DNA from: Candidatus Melainabacteria bacterium
GTDB taxonomy: Bacteria > Cyanobacteriota > Vampirovibrionia > 2-02-FULL-35-15
Length of the DNA stretch: 64,000 nt
Assembly (NCBI GenBank): GCA_023250205.1
Contig: JAHFBE010000001.1
Span: 2,110 to 66,109 of the forward strand
Direction of reading: 5' to 3'
Notes under the pieces: model-generated
Told to the model about the DNA's origin: nothing
Seen by the model: only the letters and a program-made list of their open reading frames with translations
Database searches by the model: none
Translations under genes and position numbers: made by a program
Part shown: positions 34,805 to 44,406 of the stretch, in pieces
Position numbering within the stretch: the stretch's first letter is position 1
Layout of the letters: every line of letters begins with the position of its first letter

Positions 34805-36769
34805 ATACTTTTTTATATAAACATACCAGGAGTATCTTCTCCTATAAATATTCTACTTTCTTTAATTCGGGGAACATCTCCACCAACTACCCCAACACCT
34901 GGACCTGCCGCAGGTAATACCGATACATTTGTTAGAACAGAGTCAGCTCCCGATGATGAAACACCTGCTCCAAGCATTCCTGATCTAATTAGATCTCTAC
35001 AAGATCCGACTAGTAGTCCTGTAGCTAGAGAATTTGCAGCAAGAACACTAGGTACAACAGGTCAAAATTCAGAAACAGCAGGAAGAGCATTAATTGCAGC
35101 GTTGAGAGATCCTGTTGCTAGTGTTAGAAGCGCTGCTGCAAGTGCACTAAGCAACATAAGTGCAGATCTAGGAGCAGTAAGAAGAGACGCATGTACAGCA
35201 CTGATTGGATCTTTAAATGATTGTAGTGCCAATGTTAGAAGCTCTGCTGCATTTGCACTCGGTATGATAGGAACCGATTTGCCAACAGAAAACAGAGGGG
35301 AAGCATTTAGAGCACTGATTCCACTTCTTCGTGATCCTAATGCCCGAGTCAGAAGTGATGCAGCATTTGCTCTTGGTAGCATAGGACGAGAGTTGCCATT
35401 AGCAGACAGAATAACAGCATTTAGAGAGTTAACACACCTACTTCGTCGTAACCCTGATACTGATACTAGAGGAAATGCAGCATTTGCACTTAGCATGATC
35501 AGAGAAGATGTTCCAGAAGCAGATAGAAGGAATGCATTTATAGTATTAATTCCTCTTCTTGGCGATGGTGATGCTGAGGTTAAACGCTATGCTACAAATG
35601 CACTGGGATATATGGGTGTACAACCTGAAAATGCAGTCGCTACTTTGGCAGGAATTATAAATGATAATCAAGTACCCCAAAGTGTAAGAACTGCTGCATT
35701 AAGTGCATTAAGAAGTATCCCAACCAACAATCAAATGCCTGAAGGTTTAAGAACTGCTGCAACAACTGCATTAAGATCTATTGAAGAACATATTCGCAGT
35801 AGAAACACTTTAATTGAAGCTCTAAGTAGCACCAGCCCTCAAGACAGAATAAGTGCAATAGAAACGCTCAGCAGTGAAACAGGATCACAAGAAGTATTTA
35901 ATGCACTAACCCATCTTCTCCGTGATGGTAATGCTGATGTTAGAAGAGCTGCATCAAGCGCACTTGGTAGAGTAGGACAAGACTTATCAGAAACAGATAG
36001 AACAGAAGCAGTAAACGGATTAGTCAGATCTTTCCTTCATGATGAAAGTGCTGATGTTAGAACAGCTACAGCAAACGCACTTGGTAGCATAGGGCACAGA
36101 ACACCAGAAGTTATTCGTGGGTTAATGACATCCTTAGGCAATAGCAATGTTAATGTCAGAGAATCTGCAGCATTTGCATTAGGCAATATTGGAGGAACTT
36201 CACGAAACGCCTCTATAGCATTAACACTCCTTTTGACTGGTGAAAATGATCCATTTGTCATGGGCTCTGCAGCATATGCACTAGGCAGAGTACTTCCAAA
36301 TTCACCAGAAGGATTAAGAGGAACAGCCGTTTCAGCATTAACCTCACTCTTTAGCAATGATAATACTTACGTTAGAAATAGTGCAATAGGTGCACTAGGC
36401 AACATATGGCAAAATTCACTGGAAGCAGGAAGGAGAGAAATTGTAAATGAGTTAACTCCTCTTCTTAGTCACAGCAATGCAAATATCAGAAACTCTGCAG
36501 CACTTACACTAGGCAACATTGGGGAAAATTTACCTTACACTGCCAGAAGAAACATAGCAAATGTATTGATTCCTCTTCTAGCTAATAGTGACGCTAACAC
36601 TAGAAGTTCAGCAGCAAGATCACTCGGTAATATAGGACTTGATGTCCCAGGGGCACGAACAGCATTAGAAGGTCTTCTTAATGATCCTGATGCTGATGTT
36701 AGACTTTCTGTAGAAAATGCACTACAGCAAATGAGACAAGATCACCAGAATTCAATAATGGATGCTTAG
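34805..36769 (+). CDS. HEAT-repeat (PBS-lyase HEAT-like) protein, about 38-aa period; start codon unresolved
   Basis: Repeated D.(N/D)..VR..AA.ALG.IG units. The frame is open from 34790 and HEAT-like sequence continues upstream of the first canonical start (TTG 35102). AAGGAG sits 5 nt before an in-frame ATA at 34805. Confidence 0.7.
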   Translation: MLFYINIPGVSSPINILLSLIRGTSPPTTPTPGPAAGNTDTFVRTESAPDDETPAPSIPDLIRSLQDPTSSPVAREFAARTLGTTGQNSETAGRALIAALRDPVASVRSAAASALSNISADLGAVRRDACTALIGSLNDCSANVRSSAAFALGMIGTDLPTENRGEAFRALIPLLRDPNARVRSDAAFALGSIGRELPLADRITAFRELTHLLRRNPDTDTRGNAAFALSMIREDVPEADRRNAFIVLIPLLGDGDAEVKRYATNALGYMGVQPENAVATLAGIINDNQVPQSVRTAALSALRSIPTNNQMPEGLRTAATTALRSIEEHIRSRNTLIEALSSTSPQDRISAIETLSSETGSQEVFNALTHLLRDGNADVRRAASSALGRVGQDLSETDRTEAVNGLVRSFLHDESADVRTATANALGSIGHRTPEVIRGLMTSLGNSNVNVRESAAFALGNIGGTSRNASIALTLLLTGENDPFVMGSAAYALGRVLPNSPEGLRGTAVSALTSLFSNDNTYVRNSAIGALGNIWQNSLEAGRREIVNELTPLLSHSNANIRNSAALTLGNIGENLPYTARRNIANVLIPLLANSDANTRSSAARSLGNIGLDVPGARTALEGLLNDPDADVRLSVENALQQMRQDHQNSIMDA

Positions 36770-36772
36770 CAA

Positions 36773-36793
36773 CTAATGTGCAAAGAAATTGAC
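36773..36793 (-). repeat. orphan copy of the last six codons plus stop of the rnd-like gene (VNFFAH*)
   Basis: 16/21 identity to 36873-36893 (VDFFAH*), exactly 100 bp away, on the other side of element 36801-36867. Confidence 0.65.
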
Positions 36794-36800
36794 ACGAAGT

Positions 36801-36867
36801 GTCATCCTGAGCCAAAGGCGAAGGACCTCCTAACGTTAGCAGATTCTTCGCTAACGCTTAGAATGAC
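36801..36867. repeat. MITE-like element, GTCATYCTGAG variant
   Basis: GTCATCCTGAGCCAAAGGCGAAGGACC...AGATTCTTCGCTAACGCTTAGAATGAC between convergent genes. Confidence 0.75.
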
Positions 36868-36872
36868 ATTTA

Positions 36873-37502
36873 TTAGTGAGCAAAGAAATCCACATACCCA
36901 AGCAAATCTAACTTAGCCTGAGTAAGTAAAAATTTATTTGCTTCTTCTACTAATTCCAGTCTCTTTTCTCTCTTTAAAACCTCAAGCAGTTTATGATAAG
37001 CCGGAATCAAATATAAAACATCACTTGCTGCATATTTGATTTGATCTTTAGTCAGCTCAGGTGCTCCCCAGTCAGTTGTTTGATTTGATTTGTCAATATC
37101 AATATTTAATAATTCTTTTAATAACTCTTTTAAACCATGTTTATCAGTGTAGGTTCTGGCTAATTTACTGGCCGATTTTGTGCAAAACACATTAACCAAA
37201 TCTATGTCTAGCCAATGATAAAGAAATGCTAAATCAGTTCTTCCAAAGTGGAATATTTTCCTTACGTTTGAATTTTCAAAAAGCTTTTTTAGATTTGGAG
37301 ATTTTGCTCCTGCATCAATTTTTACAAGAGCGACCTTTTCATCTTTATCACATAGCTGAACCAGACAAAGTCTGTCTCTAACAGGATTTAATCCCATCAT
37401 TTCACAGTCCACGGACAGTAAATCACAGGAAGAATAGTGACTTAAAAGCTCATCAGAAAGATCATTTTTGAGTAGTTGAATATTTTCTAGATTGATTTTC
37501 AA
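36873..37502 (-). CDS. RNase D-like 3'-5' exonuclease
   Basis: LSVDCEMMGL (DxE), FHFGRTD and YAASDVLYL (Yx3D) exonuclease motifs. Confidence 0.8.
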   Translation of the reverse strand: MKINLENIQLLKNDLSDELLSHYSSCDLLSVDCEMMGLNPVRDRLCLVQLCDKDEKVALVKIDAGAKSPNLKKLFENSNVRKIFHFGRTDLAFLYHWLDIDLVNVFCTKSASKLARTYTDKHGLKELLKELLNIDIDKSNQTTDWGAPELTKDQIKYAASDVLYLIPAYHKLLEVLKREKRLELVEEANKFLLTQAKLDLLGYVDFFAH

Positions 37503-37504
37503 AA

Positions 37505-37912
37505 TTATCTCTTCGAGAACTGGAAGCGTTTTCTTGCTTTTTTACGTCCGTATTTCTTACGCTCTTTACTTCTTGGATCCCTGGTTAATAAGCCTTCTGG
37601 TTTAAGTAATAGTTTATTTGAAACATTAAGTGCTACCAATGCTCTTGCAACTCCAAGTCTAATAGCATCTGCTTGTCCTGCAAGACCTCCACCATGTACA
37701 TGAGCAACAACGTCATATTTTCCTTCGAGCTTTGCTACTTCTAATGGCTTCTTGATCAAATTCAAGTAATTAATTACATTCCCTAAATGTAACCATGGTT
37801 CTTTTCCATTCACTAAAAAACGACCTGTCCCTGGTCTTAAAAATACTCTTGCAATAGCTGTCTTTCTTCTACCGGTTCCTATATGTTGTGTTTTTTTTAC
37901 TGTTCTTGCCAA
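37505..37912 (-). CDS. rpsI: 30S ribosomal protein S9
   Basis: [19 protein letters not shown] and C-terminal [12 protein letters not shown]. Confidence 0.97.
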   Translation of the reverse strand: MARTVKKTQHIGTGRRKTAIARVFLRPGTGRFLVNGKEPWLHLGNVINYLNLIKKPLEVAKLEGKYDVVAHVHGGGLAGQADAIRLGVARALVALNVSNKLLLKPEGLLTRDPRSKERKKYGRKKARKRFQFSKR

Positions 37913-37924
37913 AGTTTTTTCCTT

Positions 37925-38374
37925 TTACTTTCCTGTTTTACTTTTTCTAATTTCCCACTTTAAAGGCTTTTGTACTGCATGAGGATGACTTGCTCCTTGA
38001 TAAACGTTTAGCTTTGTATACTGCTTTTCACCAAGCGTATTGTGTGGAAGCATCCCTTTTACTGCATTTTCAATAATCTTTACCGGTCTTTTTTGCCTGA
38101 CTTGTTGAACTGTTTCCGTTTTAAATCCGCCTGGAATCCCACTATGTCTGTGATAAACTTTTTGAAGTTCTTTTTTACCTGTAAACTTAACTTTTTCTGC
38201 ATTAATAACAATTACAAAATCTCCAGTATCAACATTTGGAGTAAATTCTGGCTTCATTTTCCCTCTTAATAATGAGGCTATTTGTGTAGCTAACCTACCA
38301 AGTATTTGGCCTTCTGCATCAACCAGCCACCACTTTCTATTTACTTCACCTTTTTTTGCTAAAAATGTTTTCAT
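37925..38374 (-). CDS. rplM: 50S ribosomal protein L13
   Basis: [16 protein letters not shown] and [10 protein letters not shown] blocks. Confidence 0.97.
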   Translation of the reverse strand: MKTFLAKKGEVNRKWWLVDAEGQILGRLATQIASLLRGKMKPEFTPNVDTGDFVIVINAEKVKFTGKKELQKVYHRHSGIPGGFKTETVQQVRQKRPVKIIENAVKGMLPHNTLGEKQYTKLNVYQGASHPHAVQKPLKWEIRKSKTGK

Positions 38375-38413
38375 CTTTCCTCGACAGGTTTTTTATTATA
38401 GCTTACTTCCTCT

Positions 38414-38495
38414 GTCATTGCGAGGGAAGAGACGTTGCATGCAACGTCTCCACGGCAATCTCGATAAATTTTCATGTAAATCACTCGGGATTACT
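38414..38495. repeat. truncated MITE-like element containing the palindrome GAGACGTTGCATGCAACGTCTC (38429-38450)
   Basis: GTCATTGCGAGGGAAGAGACGTTGCATGCAACGTCTCCACGGCAATCTCG; the right terminal repeat is missing. Confidence 0.7.
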
Positions 38496-38531
38496 TCGGG
38501 CTAAAGCCATCACAGCTACATGTCTCTACAA

Positions 38532-39326
38532 TTATCTTGCTCTTGACCTTGAATATGAAAATGCTGGTTTCTTTGTACTTTTTTGCAATTGGCTTGTAGT
38601 AATAGATTCATCTTGCAAAGGTAAAGTATATGCTAATAAATCAAAAGCACCCGTTAAAGTTCCAGTGTCTTCCTGTTTTTTTGCCTTTGCTTTTGAAAGC
38701 CTGCTATCAAATGTTTGCTTTGAACCACTTTTTCCAACAGAGATATTATCTATTGAAATCACACGTCCATATTTCTCTAACTTCTTGAATAGCTCAAGGA
38801 TATCTGTAAAATTTCCTGTAACTCTTACTTCAATAGGATAGCGATATAAATCAACTGGTAAATCCTGCCCTTTTAGTTTATCTAAAACTTCTCTTAATTT
38901 CGTTGTCCTACTTAACCCCTGAGAAGTGCTTCCTAACTGCTCTTCTAGGACTATATTTACCGGCTCAGGATCAGAAGGAGTAAAGCTTTCAAGGCTTATA
39001 GAACTTTCATCACATATTTTTTTTAAATCCTGGACTAAAAAATCAATTTCATAGGTTTTTGCCAGGTATAATTTTTGATCATCTATTTTTTCTGAAAGTT
39101 TCTGATTTTCATCTTTTATTTTTTCCAACCTCTTAGTCTGAGATTCAATTTCAGTTAATTTGTTCTTATTTTGCGAGACTTTCCCCGATGAATCAATATA
39201 CTGATTCCAGGTTGGAAGAGTAACATAAAAAAATGGCAGTGAAGAAAGAATTAAAATTAAAAATCCAACTATATTTTTTTCTCTCTTTGAAAGTTTATTA
39301 ATTTTAGTTATTAAATCAATTGCCAT
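38532..39326 (-). CDS. PilO-like type IV pilus assembly protein
   Basis: Short cytoplasmic N-terminus, one TM helix, coiled coil, then a globular domain; family resemblance only. Confidence 0.5.
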   Translation of the reverse strand: MAIDLITKINKLSKREKNIVGFLILILSSLPFFYVTLPTWNQYIDSSGKVSQNKNKLTEIESQTKRLEKIKDENQKLSEKIDDQKLYLAKTYEIDFLVQDLKKICDESSISLESFTPSDPEPVNIVLEEQLGSTSQGLSRTTKLREVLDKLKGQDLPVDLYRYPIEVRVTGNFTDILELFKKLEKYGRVISIDNISVGKSGSKQTFDSRLSKAKAKKQEDTGTLTGAFDLLAYTLPLQDESITTSQLQKSTKKPAFSYSRSRAR

Positions 39327-39363
39327 GTTGAAATATAGACGTTTATATAATGATTTTGTTTTT

Positions 39364-39630
39364 TTAGATTTTTTGAGACTTAATTAACCAGTGTAATGCA
39401 ATTGCAGGCACCAAAACAACAAAGACTAAATATAGCCTAAGGTCTAAAAAGAACCCAAAAACAAGTCTTCCCAGGTCTTCATAAGGAATATGAAATTTGG
39501 CATAAACAAAGCCAGTCCACTTATCCCATAATGCTACTGTCATTACAAACATAAGTATTGCAAAAACAATACCTACAATAAAAGTCTTAAAAAGAAAATC
39601 TCTTATTAAAATTAGTTTTTGTATTTCCAT
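39364..39630 (-). CDS. small membrane protein, 88 aa
   Basis: Start taken at the internal ATG (MEIQKL...) to avoid overlap with argJ; three hydrophobic segments. Confidence 0.45.
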   Translation of the reverse strand: MEIQKLILIRDFLFKTFIVGIVFAILMFVMTVALWDKWTGFVYAKFHIPYEDLGRLVFGFFLDLRLYLVFVVLVPAIALHWLIKSQKI

Positions 39631-39669
39631 AAATATAGGTACAATGCTAGCATAATTTGCTGAAACATC

Positions 39670-40845
39670 ATGACTACAAAACAAGAATTTAAATTTGCAT
39701 CAGCCACTTGTGGTTTAAAAAAAACCAAGAAACCTGATCTGGCAATTATTTACTCAGACATCCCCTGCATTTACAGTGGAGTTTTCACAACAAATCAAAT
39801 TCATGCAGCTTGCGTAGATGTAAATAAAGATTTATTAAAAAAGAAGAAAAGAATAAGAGCAATTGTTGTTAATTCAGGGAATGCAAATGCCTGTACAGGA
39901 AAAAAAGGATTCCAAGCAGCAAAAGAGACCCAGCACATTGCAGCAAAGTTATTAAAGATTAAACCTGATGAGGTTTTAGTAGCAAGTACTGGTGCAATTG
40001 GAATTCACCTAGATATGGATAAAATGAACAATGGCTTGATACAAGCTTGCTCAAACCTAAGCTCAAAGAATCTAAATGCAGCAGCAAAAGCAATATTAAC
40101 CACAGATCAATTTGTGAAAATTGTAAAAAGAAAAACAAAAAAATTTAAATTAGTTGGTTTTACAAAAGGAGCAGGGATGATTCATCCAAATATGGCAACC
40201 ATGCTCTGTTATTTAATGACAGATTTAAATATTTCACAAGAGCTCCTTCAAAAAGCCCTACAAACAGCAAACAATGAAAGCTTTAATAATATTTCTGTAG
40301 ACGGTGACATGAGCACAAATGACATGGTCATCCTAATATCAAACCGACAAAGTAAAAAAGAAATTAAAAGTATTAATGATCCCGCTTTTATAAACTTTCA
40401 AAAGGTTTTAACGGAATCGTGTATTAAATTAGCAAAAGAAATTGTAATTGACGGTGAAGGAGCAAACAGACTTATTAACGTTTCTGTACATGGAGCAAAA
40501 CTAATCAGCGATGCAAAAGAAATCGCAAGATCTATTTCCAGTTCTACACTTTTTAAGTGCGCTATCTATGGAGCAGACCCAAACTGGGGAAGAGCTGCAA
40601 GCAGAATAGGATGTACAAACGTAAAAGTTGATCCAAAGAAAATTGATGTTTTTTTAAATACGACCCCAGTCTATAAAAAAGGTGTACCTGTAACGTTTAA
40701 TAAGCCAAAACTAAACAAGCAAATAAAAAAGAGTAGAGAGGTGAAAGTAACTGTTAACTTAAACCTTGGGAATAAGTCTGCCAGTGCTTACGGATGTGAT
40801 TTAAGTTACGAGTATGTAAAGTTTAATTCCGCTTATTTCACATAG
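39670..40845 (+). CDS. argJ: bifunctional glutamate N-acetyltransferase / amino-acid acetyltransferase
   Basis: KGAGMIHPNMATMLCYLMTD autoprocessing site and ArgJ-typical C-terminus. Confidence 0.93.
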   Translation: MTTKQEFKFASATCGLKKTKKPDLAIIYSDIPCIYSGVFTTNQIHAACVDVNKDLLKKKKRIRAIVVNSGNANACTGKKGFQAAKETQHIAAKLLKIKPDEVLVASTGAIGIHLDMDKMNNGLIQACSNLSSKNLNAAAKAILTTDQFVKIVKRKTKKFKLVGFTKGAGMIHPNMATMLCYLMTDLNISQELLQKALQTANNESFNNISVDGDMSTNDMVILISNRQSKKEIKSINDPAFINFQKVLTESCIKLAKEIVIDGEGANRLINVSVHGAKLISDAKEIARSISSSTLFKCAIYGADPNWGRAASRIGCTNVKVDPKKIDVFLNTTPVYKKGVPVTFNKPKLNKQIKKSREVKVTVNLNLGNKSASAYGCDLSYEYVKFNSAYFT

Positions 40846-40910
40846 CGTATTGCGTCGTGAGTATAGAGTATTGCGTTACAAGGCGCTCAATACTCCATAT
40901 TCTATACGCT
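40845..40910. repeat. heptamer-repeat hairpin of the GCGTATTGAGTAT family (same family as the RNase P insert)
   Basis: gcgtattgcgtcgtgagtatagagtattgcg ... cgctcaatactccatattctatacgc immediately after the argJ stop. Confidence 0.8.
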
Positions 40911-40922
40911 AAAATATTATTT

Positions 40923-41636
40923 ATGGAAAGCCAATTGAATCTGTTCAGCAAGACAGAAATAAAATCAGAGAATGAAATTAAGGAAACAAAAACAATTACT
41001 CAAACTTCAACTCCTAAAACCATAACAGTATTAGAAATCAAATACAAATCTCTTAAAGAGGCAAAAACAGAAGCACTTAAATGCACCAAATGTGCACTCT
41101 GCAAAGGCAGAACAAATGTAGTTTTCAGTGATGGCATAGAAAACGCAAAGTTAATGATCATTGGAGAAGGCCCCGGAGAAAATGAAGATTTACAGGGACT
41201 ACCTTTTGTTGGAAAAGCAGGGAAATATTTAGATAAAATCTTTGCAAGTGTAAACCTAAACAGAAAAGAGCATTTATACATTTGTAATATTGTTAAATGT
41301 CGACCACCAGATAATCGTGCACCTGAAGAGAGTGAAGCTAAAGCATGTTCAGAATATTTAGAAGCTCAGATAAAATACATTGATCCAAAAATAGTTATCC
41401 TTGCTGGTGCTGTAGCAGTAAAAGGTATTCTAAAAATGAAAGATGCAAAGATTACAAAAATGAGGGGACAATGGATCGACTCAAAAGACCCATTATTAGC
41501 CGGAAGAAAAATCATGCCAATACTACACCCTTCCTACCTCCTACGCCATGAATGGAATAAAGCTCCTGATTCTCCAAAAGCAATGATGTGGAAAGATATT
41601 CAGGAAATCAGAAGAGTCTTTGACGAACTAAAGTAA
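40923..41636 (+). CDS. uracil-DNA glycosylase, family 4
   Basis: CTKCALCKGRTNVVFSDG, MIIGEGPGENED and FVGKAGKYL motifs; start taken at the ATG after the repeat hairpin. Confidence 0.88.
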   Translation: MESQLNLFSKTEIKSENEIKETKTITQTSTPKTITVLEIKYKSLKEAKTEALKCTKCALCKGRTNVVFSDGIENAKLMIIGEGPGENEDLQGLPFVGKAGKYLDKIFASVNLNRKEHLYICNIVKCRPPDNRAPEESEAKACSEYLEAQIKYIDPKIVILAGAVAVKGILKMKDAKITKMRGQWIDSKDPLLAGRKIMPILHPSYLLRHEWNKAPDSPKAMMWKDIQEIRRVFDELK

Positions 41637-41725
41637 GGATTTGTCCCATTTATTGGGCAAATCCGATCCGACAAAATTAATTGGCATAGAAAAGCGCAAA
41701 CTTGTTTTGCGCTACATAAAAGGAT

Positions 41726-41801
41726 TAAAGCTCCTGATTCTCCAAAAGCAATGATGTGGAAAGATATTCAGGAGATTAGAAAGGTTTTTGATTCTCTATA
41801 G
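41726..41801 (+). pseudogene. orphan duplicate of the last 25 codons plus stop of the UDG gene
   Basis: 48 nt identical to 41558-41605, then mostly third-position differences through its own TAG. Confidence 0.8.
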
Positions 41802-41841
41802 TACTTATACCAAACGTGAAAAATAAGTTAACATCTGTTAC

Positions 41842-41932
41842 GTCATTGCGAGGAGGCTCAAAGAGCCGACGTGGCAATCTAATAACGTTATGGAGATTGC
41901 TTCGTCAGGACTTTGTCCTTCCTCGCAATGAC
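41842..41932. repeat. MITE-like palindromic element
   Basis: GTCATTGCGAGGAGGCTCAAAGAGCCGACGTGGCAATCT ... GAGATTGCTTCGTCAGGACTTTGTCCTTCCTCGCAATGAC. Confidence 0.88.
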
Positions 41933-41964
41933 GTGAATTGTCAGATTACTTTTTCCGAATGGTA

Positions 41965-43155
41965 TTACTTCATTGTTATTACTTTATAATCAGGCATAAA
42001 TTTATTTTTTATCATTAAAGCAGCTTCTTTACTAGCATCTTTTTCTGTAATTTTTTCTTTTACAGCCCTGAGAGAATCCTTCACTTTATCTAAATGCCCA
42101 TGTACTTTCAGCAGTTCTTTTGTAGTCTGATAATAGTTTTGTGCTGTAGCATCATTTTGAATTAATTCTGGAACTATCTTTTTCTCAGCAATTATGTTTG
42201 GCAGCCCAATCATATCAATTTTTTTAAGCATTAAGTATAAAAAATAATTTATTTGATTTCCCCGATAACCAAGAATCATGGGAGTTTCATATAGTGCTGC
42301 TTCAAGTGTCACAGTTCCTGAAGTAAGCCAAGCAAAATCACTTGCACATAAGAGTTTATGATTTTGTCCTGGTGGAAGTATTGTTATATTTTTTATGACA
42401 TTGGATAAGTTTTTTTTCTCCACAATAGCTTTAATTTCTGAATCAAGATTAGAAATTGTTGGTGCCTGTGAAATCATAAACTTGTAATTAGCAAAGGCTT
42501 TATGGAGCATATCTGCTGCTTCTAGTAAGACAGGGAGCATGTAATGGATTTCTGACTTTCTGCTTCCTGGGAATAGACTAATCAAAGTATTTTCTTTTGT
42601 AAGATTAAGTTCTTTTCTGATTTCATCACGATCAAATTTTTCCAGTTCATGCAGAATAGGATTACCTACATAAGAAGCATTTACCCCATACTTCTTATGA
42701 AAAGTTTCTTCAAAAGGTAATCCACACAAAACCAGATCACAATGCTTTGCTAAAATCTTTGTTCTGCCTGTATTCCAAGCCCATACCTGAGGTGGAAAAT
42801 AATAAACAACTTTTGTCTTTGGGGAAAACTTTTTTATTTTACTAGTAATTCTAAGATTAAACCCAGGAAAATCTACAAGCACTAAAACATTTGGCTGAAA
42901 TGTGGCTAGATAAAACAAAAGCTCTCTTTCAAGATTTATATATAAAGGAAGTTTATTAATTACTTCAGTTAATCCCATGGAAGCTAAATGTTTTGAATTA
43001 AAGAATATGTCTGCACCGGCATTTTTAAGGTGTATTCCACCAACTGCTTTAACTATTAATTGTTCTTTTGGTAATATCTTATAAAGCTCATTTAAGAGAC
43101 TGGCTGCATGTATATCTCCAGAAACTTCACCAGTTAAAAAGAATATTTTTTTCAT
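41965..43155 (-). CDS. lpxB: lipid-A-disaccharide synthase
   Basis: N-terminal FLTGEVSGDIHAASLL and overall LpxB pattern; 396 aa. Confidence 0.9.
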   Translation of the reverse strand: MKKIFFLTGEVSGDIHAASLLNELYKILPKEQLIVKAVGGIHLKNAGADIFFNSKHLASMGLTEVINKLPLYINLERELLFYLATFQPNVLVLVDFPGFNLRITSKIKKFSPKTKVVYYFPPQVWAWNTGRTKILAKHCDLVLCGLPFEETFHKKYGVNASYVGNPILHELEKFDRDEIRKELNLTKENTLISLFPGSRKSEIHYMLPVLLEAADMLHKAFANYKFMISQAPTISNLDSEIKAIVEKKNLSNVIKNITILPPGQNHKLLCASDFAWLTSGTVTLEAALYETPMILGYRGNQINYFLYLMLKKIDMIGLPNIIAEKKIVPELIQNDATAQNYYQTTKELLKVHGHLDKVKDSLRAVKEKITEKDASKEAALMIKNKFMPDYKVITMK

Positions 43156-43169
43156 TTCACTTTAATTCT

Positions 43170-44402
43170 ATGATAAAAAACTCGAAAAATACACAAGACT
43201 TACAAATTTCCTTATTTAAGGGGAATGAACCTCTTGCATACAGAATAAGACCAAAAGCAACTTCTGAAATAATTGGTCAAAGTCATTTATTAGGAGAAAA
43301 TGGAATATTAACAAATTATTTAAAGAAACATGCTCCTTATTCAATAATCTTATGGGGACCTCCTGGTTGCGGCAAAACATCTATTGCATTTTTAGTTCAA
43401 TCAATTTCTGGAAAAGAATTTGTTTATCTATCAGGAGCAAGTACATCAGTTTCAGAACTTCGTGAATCAATAAACAAAGCAAAAATACTTTCAGGCAGAG
43501 TAATATTATTTTTAGATGAAATTCATAGACTTGCAAAGAATCAACAGGATGTCTTGCTTGAACCTCTTGAAACAGGGTTATTAACATTAATCGGAACAAC
43601 TACAGAAAATCCGCATATTTCTCTAACAAGAGCTCTTCATTCCAGGGTAAAAGTTTTGGAGCTAAAACCCCATAGTGAAAATGAACTTAAAACAGTAATT
43701 GATAGAGCGATTTCACATCTAAATGGCTTAAATTTAACAAAAATTACTGAAGAAGCAAAGTCACTTCTAGCTAAGAGCGCTTCCGGCGATGCAAGAAGAT
43801 TGCTCTTTAATTTAGAAGAAGCCGCTAATATCTCAGAAAATAATTTAATTGATGAGGAAATTGTTCAAAAAATCTTAAAAGATTCACAGCTCCAAATAGG
43901 TGCAGATCTTGATAGTCATTATAGTTTTATAAGTGCTCTTCAAAAATCAATTAGAGGTTCAGATCCTGATGCAGCTTTATACTGGCTTGCTCGACTGCTT
44001 TCTGGAGGAGCTGATCCTGTTTTAGTAGCAAGAAGGATTCTGGTAACTGCCTCAGAAGATATTGGATTGGCTGATAATAACGCTCTTTCCATAGCAATAA
44101 GTGCATACCAAAGCGCCCAGTCTCTTGGAATGCCTGAAGCAAGGATTCCATTAGCTCAAGCAACAATCTATTTAGCTTGCGCTTCAAAATCAAATACAAT
44201 AATAGTATCAATTGATAAAGCTCTAAAAGATTCTAAAGAGCTAAATCCATATCCAGTACCAGCACACTTAAGAAATATTGGTGGAGAGGGTTACAAATAT
44301 CCACATTCATTTAAAGATGCAAAGACAGAACAAGAATATTTACCAAAAGAGTTGACTGGAAAAAGGTATTTTCAGCCAAATGAAAGGGATAAGATAAAAT
44401 AA
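43170..44402 (+). CDS. rarA: replication-associated recombination protein A (AAA+ ATPase)
   Basis: GPPGCGKTS, FLDEIHR and the MgsA C-terminal domain pattern; ATG at 43170 avoids overlap with lpxB. Confidence 0.92.
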   Translation: MIKNSKNTQDLQISLFKGNEPLAYRIRPKATSEIIGQSHLLGENGILTNYLKKHAPYSIILWGPPGCGKTSIAFLVQSISGKEFVYLSGASTSVSELRESINKAKILSGRVILFLDEIHRLAKNQQDVLLEPLETGLLTLIGTTTENPHISLTRALHSRVKVLELKPHSENELKTVIDRAISHLNGLNLTKITEEAKSLLAKSASGDARRLLFNLEEAANISENNLIDEEIVQKILKDSQLQIGADLDSHYSFISALQKSIRGSDPDAALYWLARLLSGGADPVLVARRILVTASEDIGLADNNALSIAISAYQSAQSLGMPEARIPLAQATIYLACASKSNTIIVSIDKALKDSKELNPYPVPAHLRNIGGEGYKYPHSFKDAKTEQEYLPKELTGKRYFQPNERDKIK

Positions 44403-44406
44403 TTAA

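Noticed and set aside
35062-36357. Antisense ORFs 35062-35496 and 36037-36357
   Set aside because: They lie opposite the HEAT-repeat gene. GCA/GCT-rich repeats leave the antisense frame open, and there is no independent support.
41554-41801. An integrated prophage or genomic island at the UDG 3' end
   Set aside because: The direct repeats are att-like, but only 168 bp separate them and no integrase or cargo gene is present. I report it as a remnant or miniature insertion, not as an island.
43068-43169. N-terminal extension of rarA from the track start at 43068
   Set aside because: It would overlap the lpxB 5' end by 88 nt on the opposite strand and adds non-homologous residues. The ATG at 43170 gives a normal RarA N-terminus.
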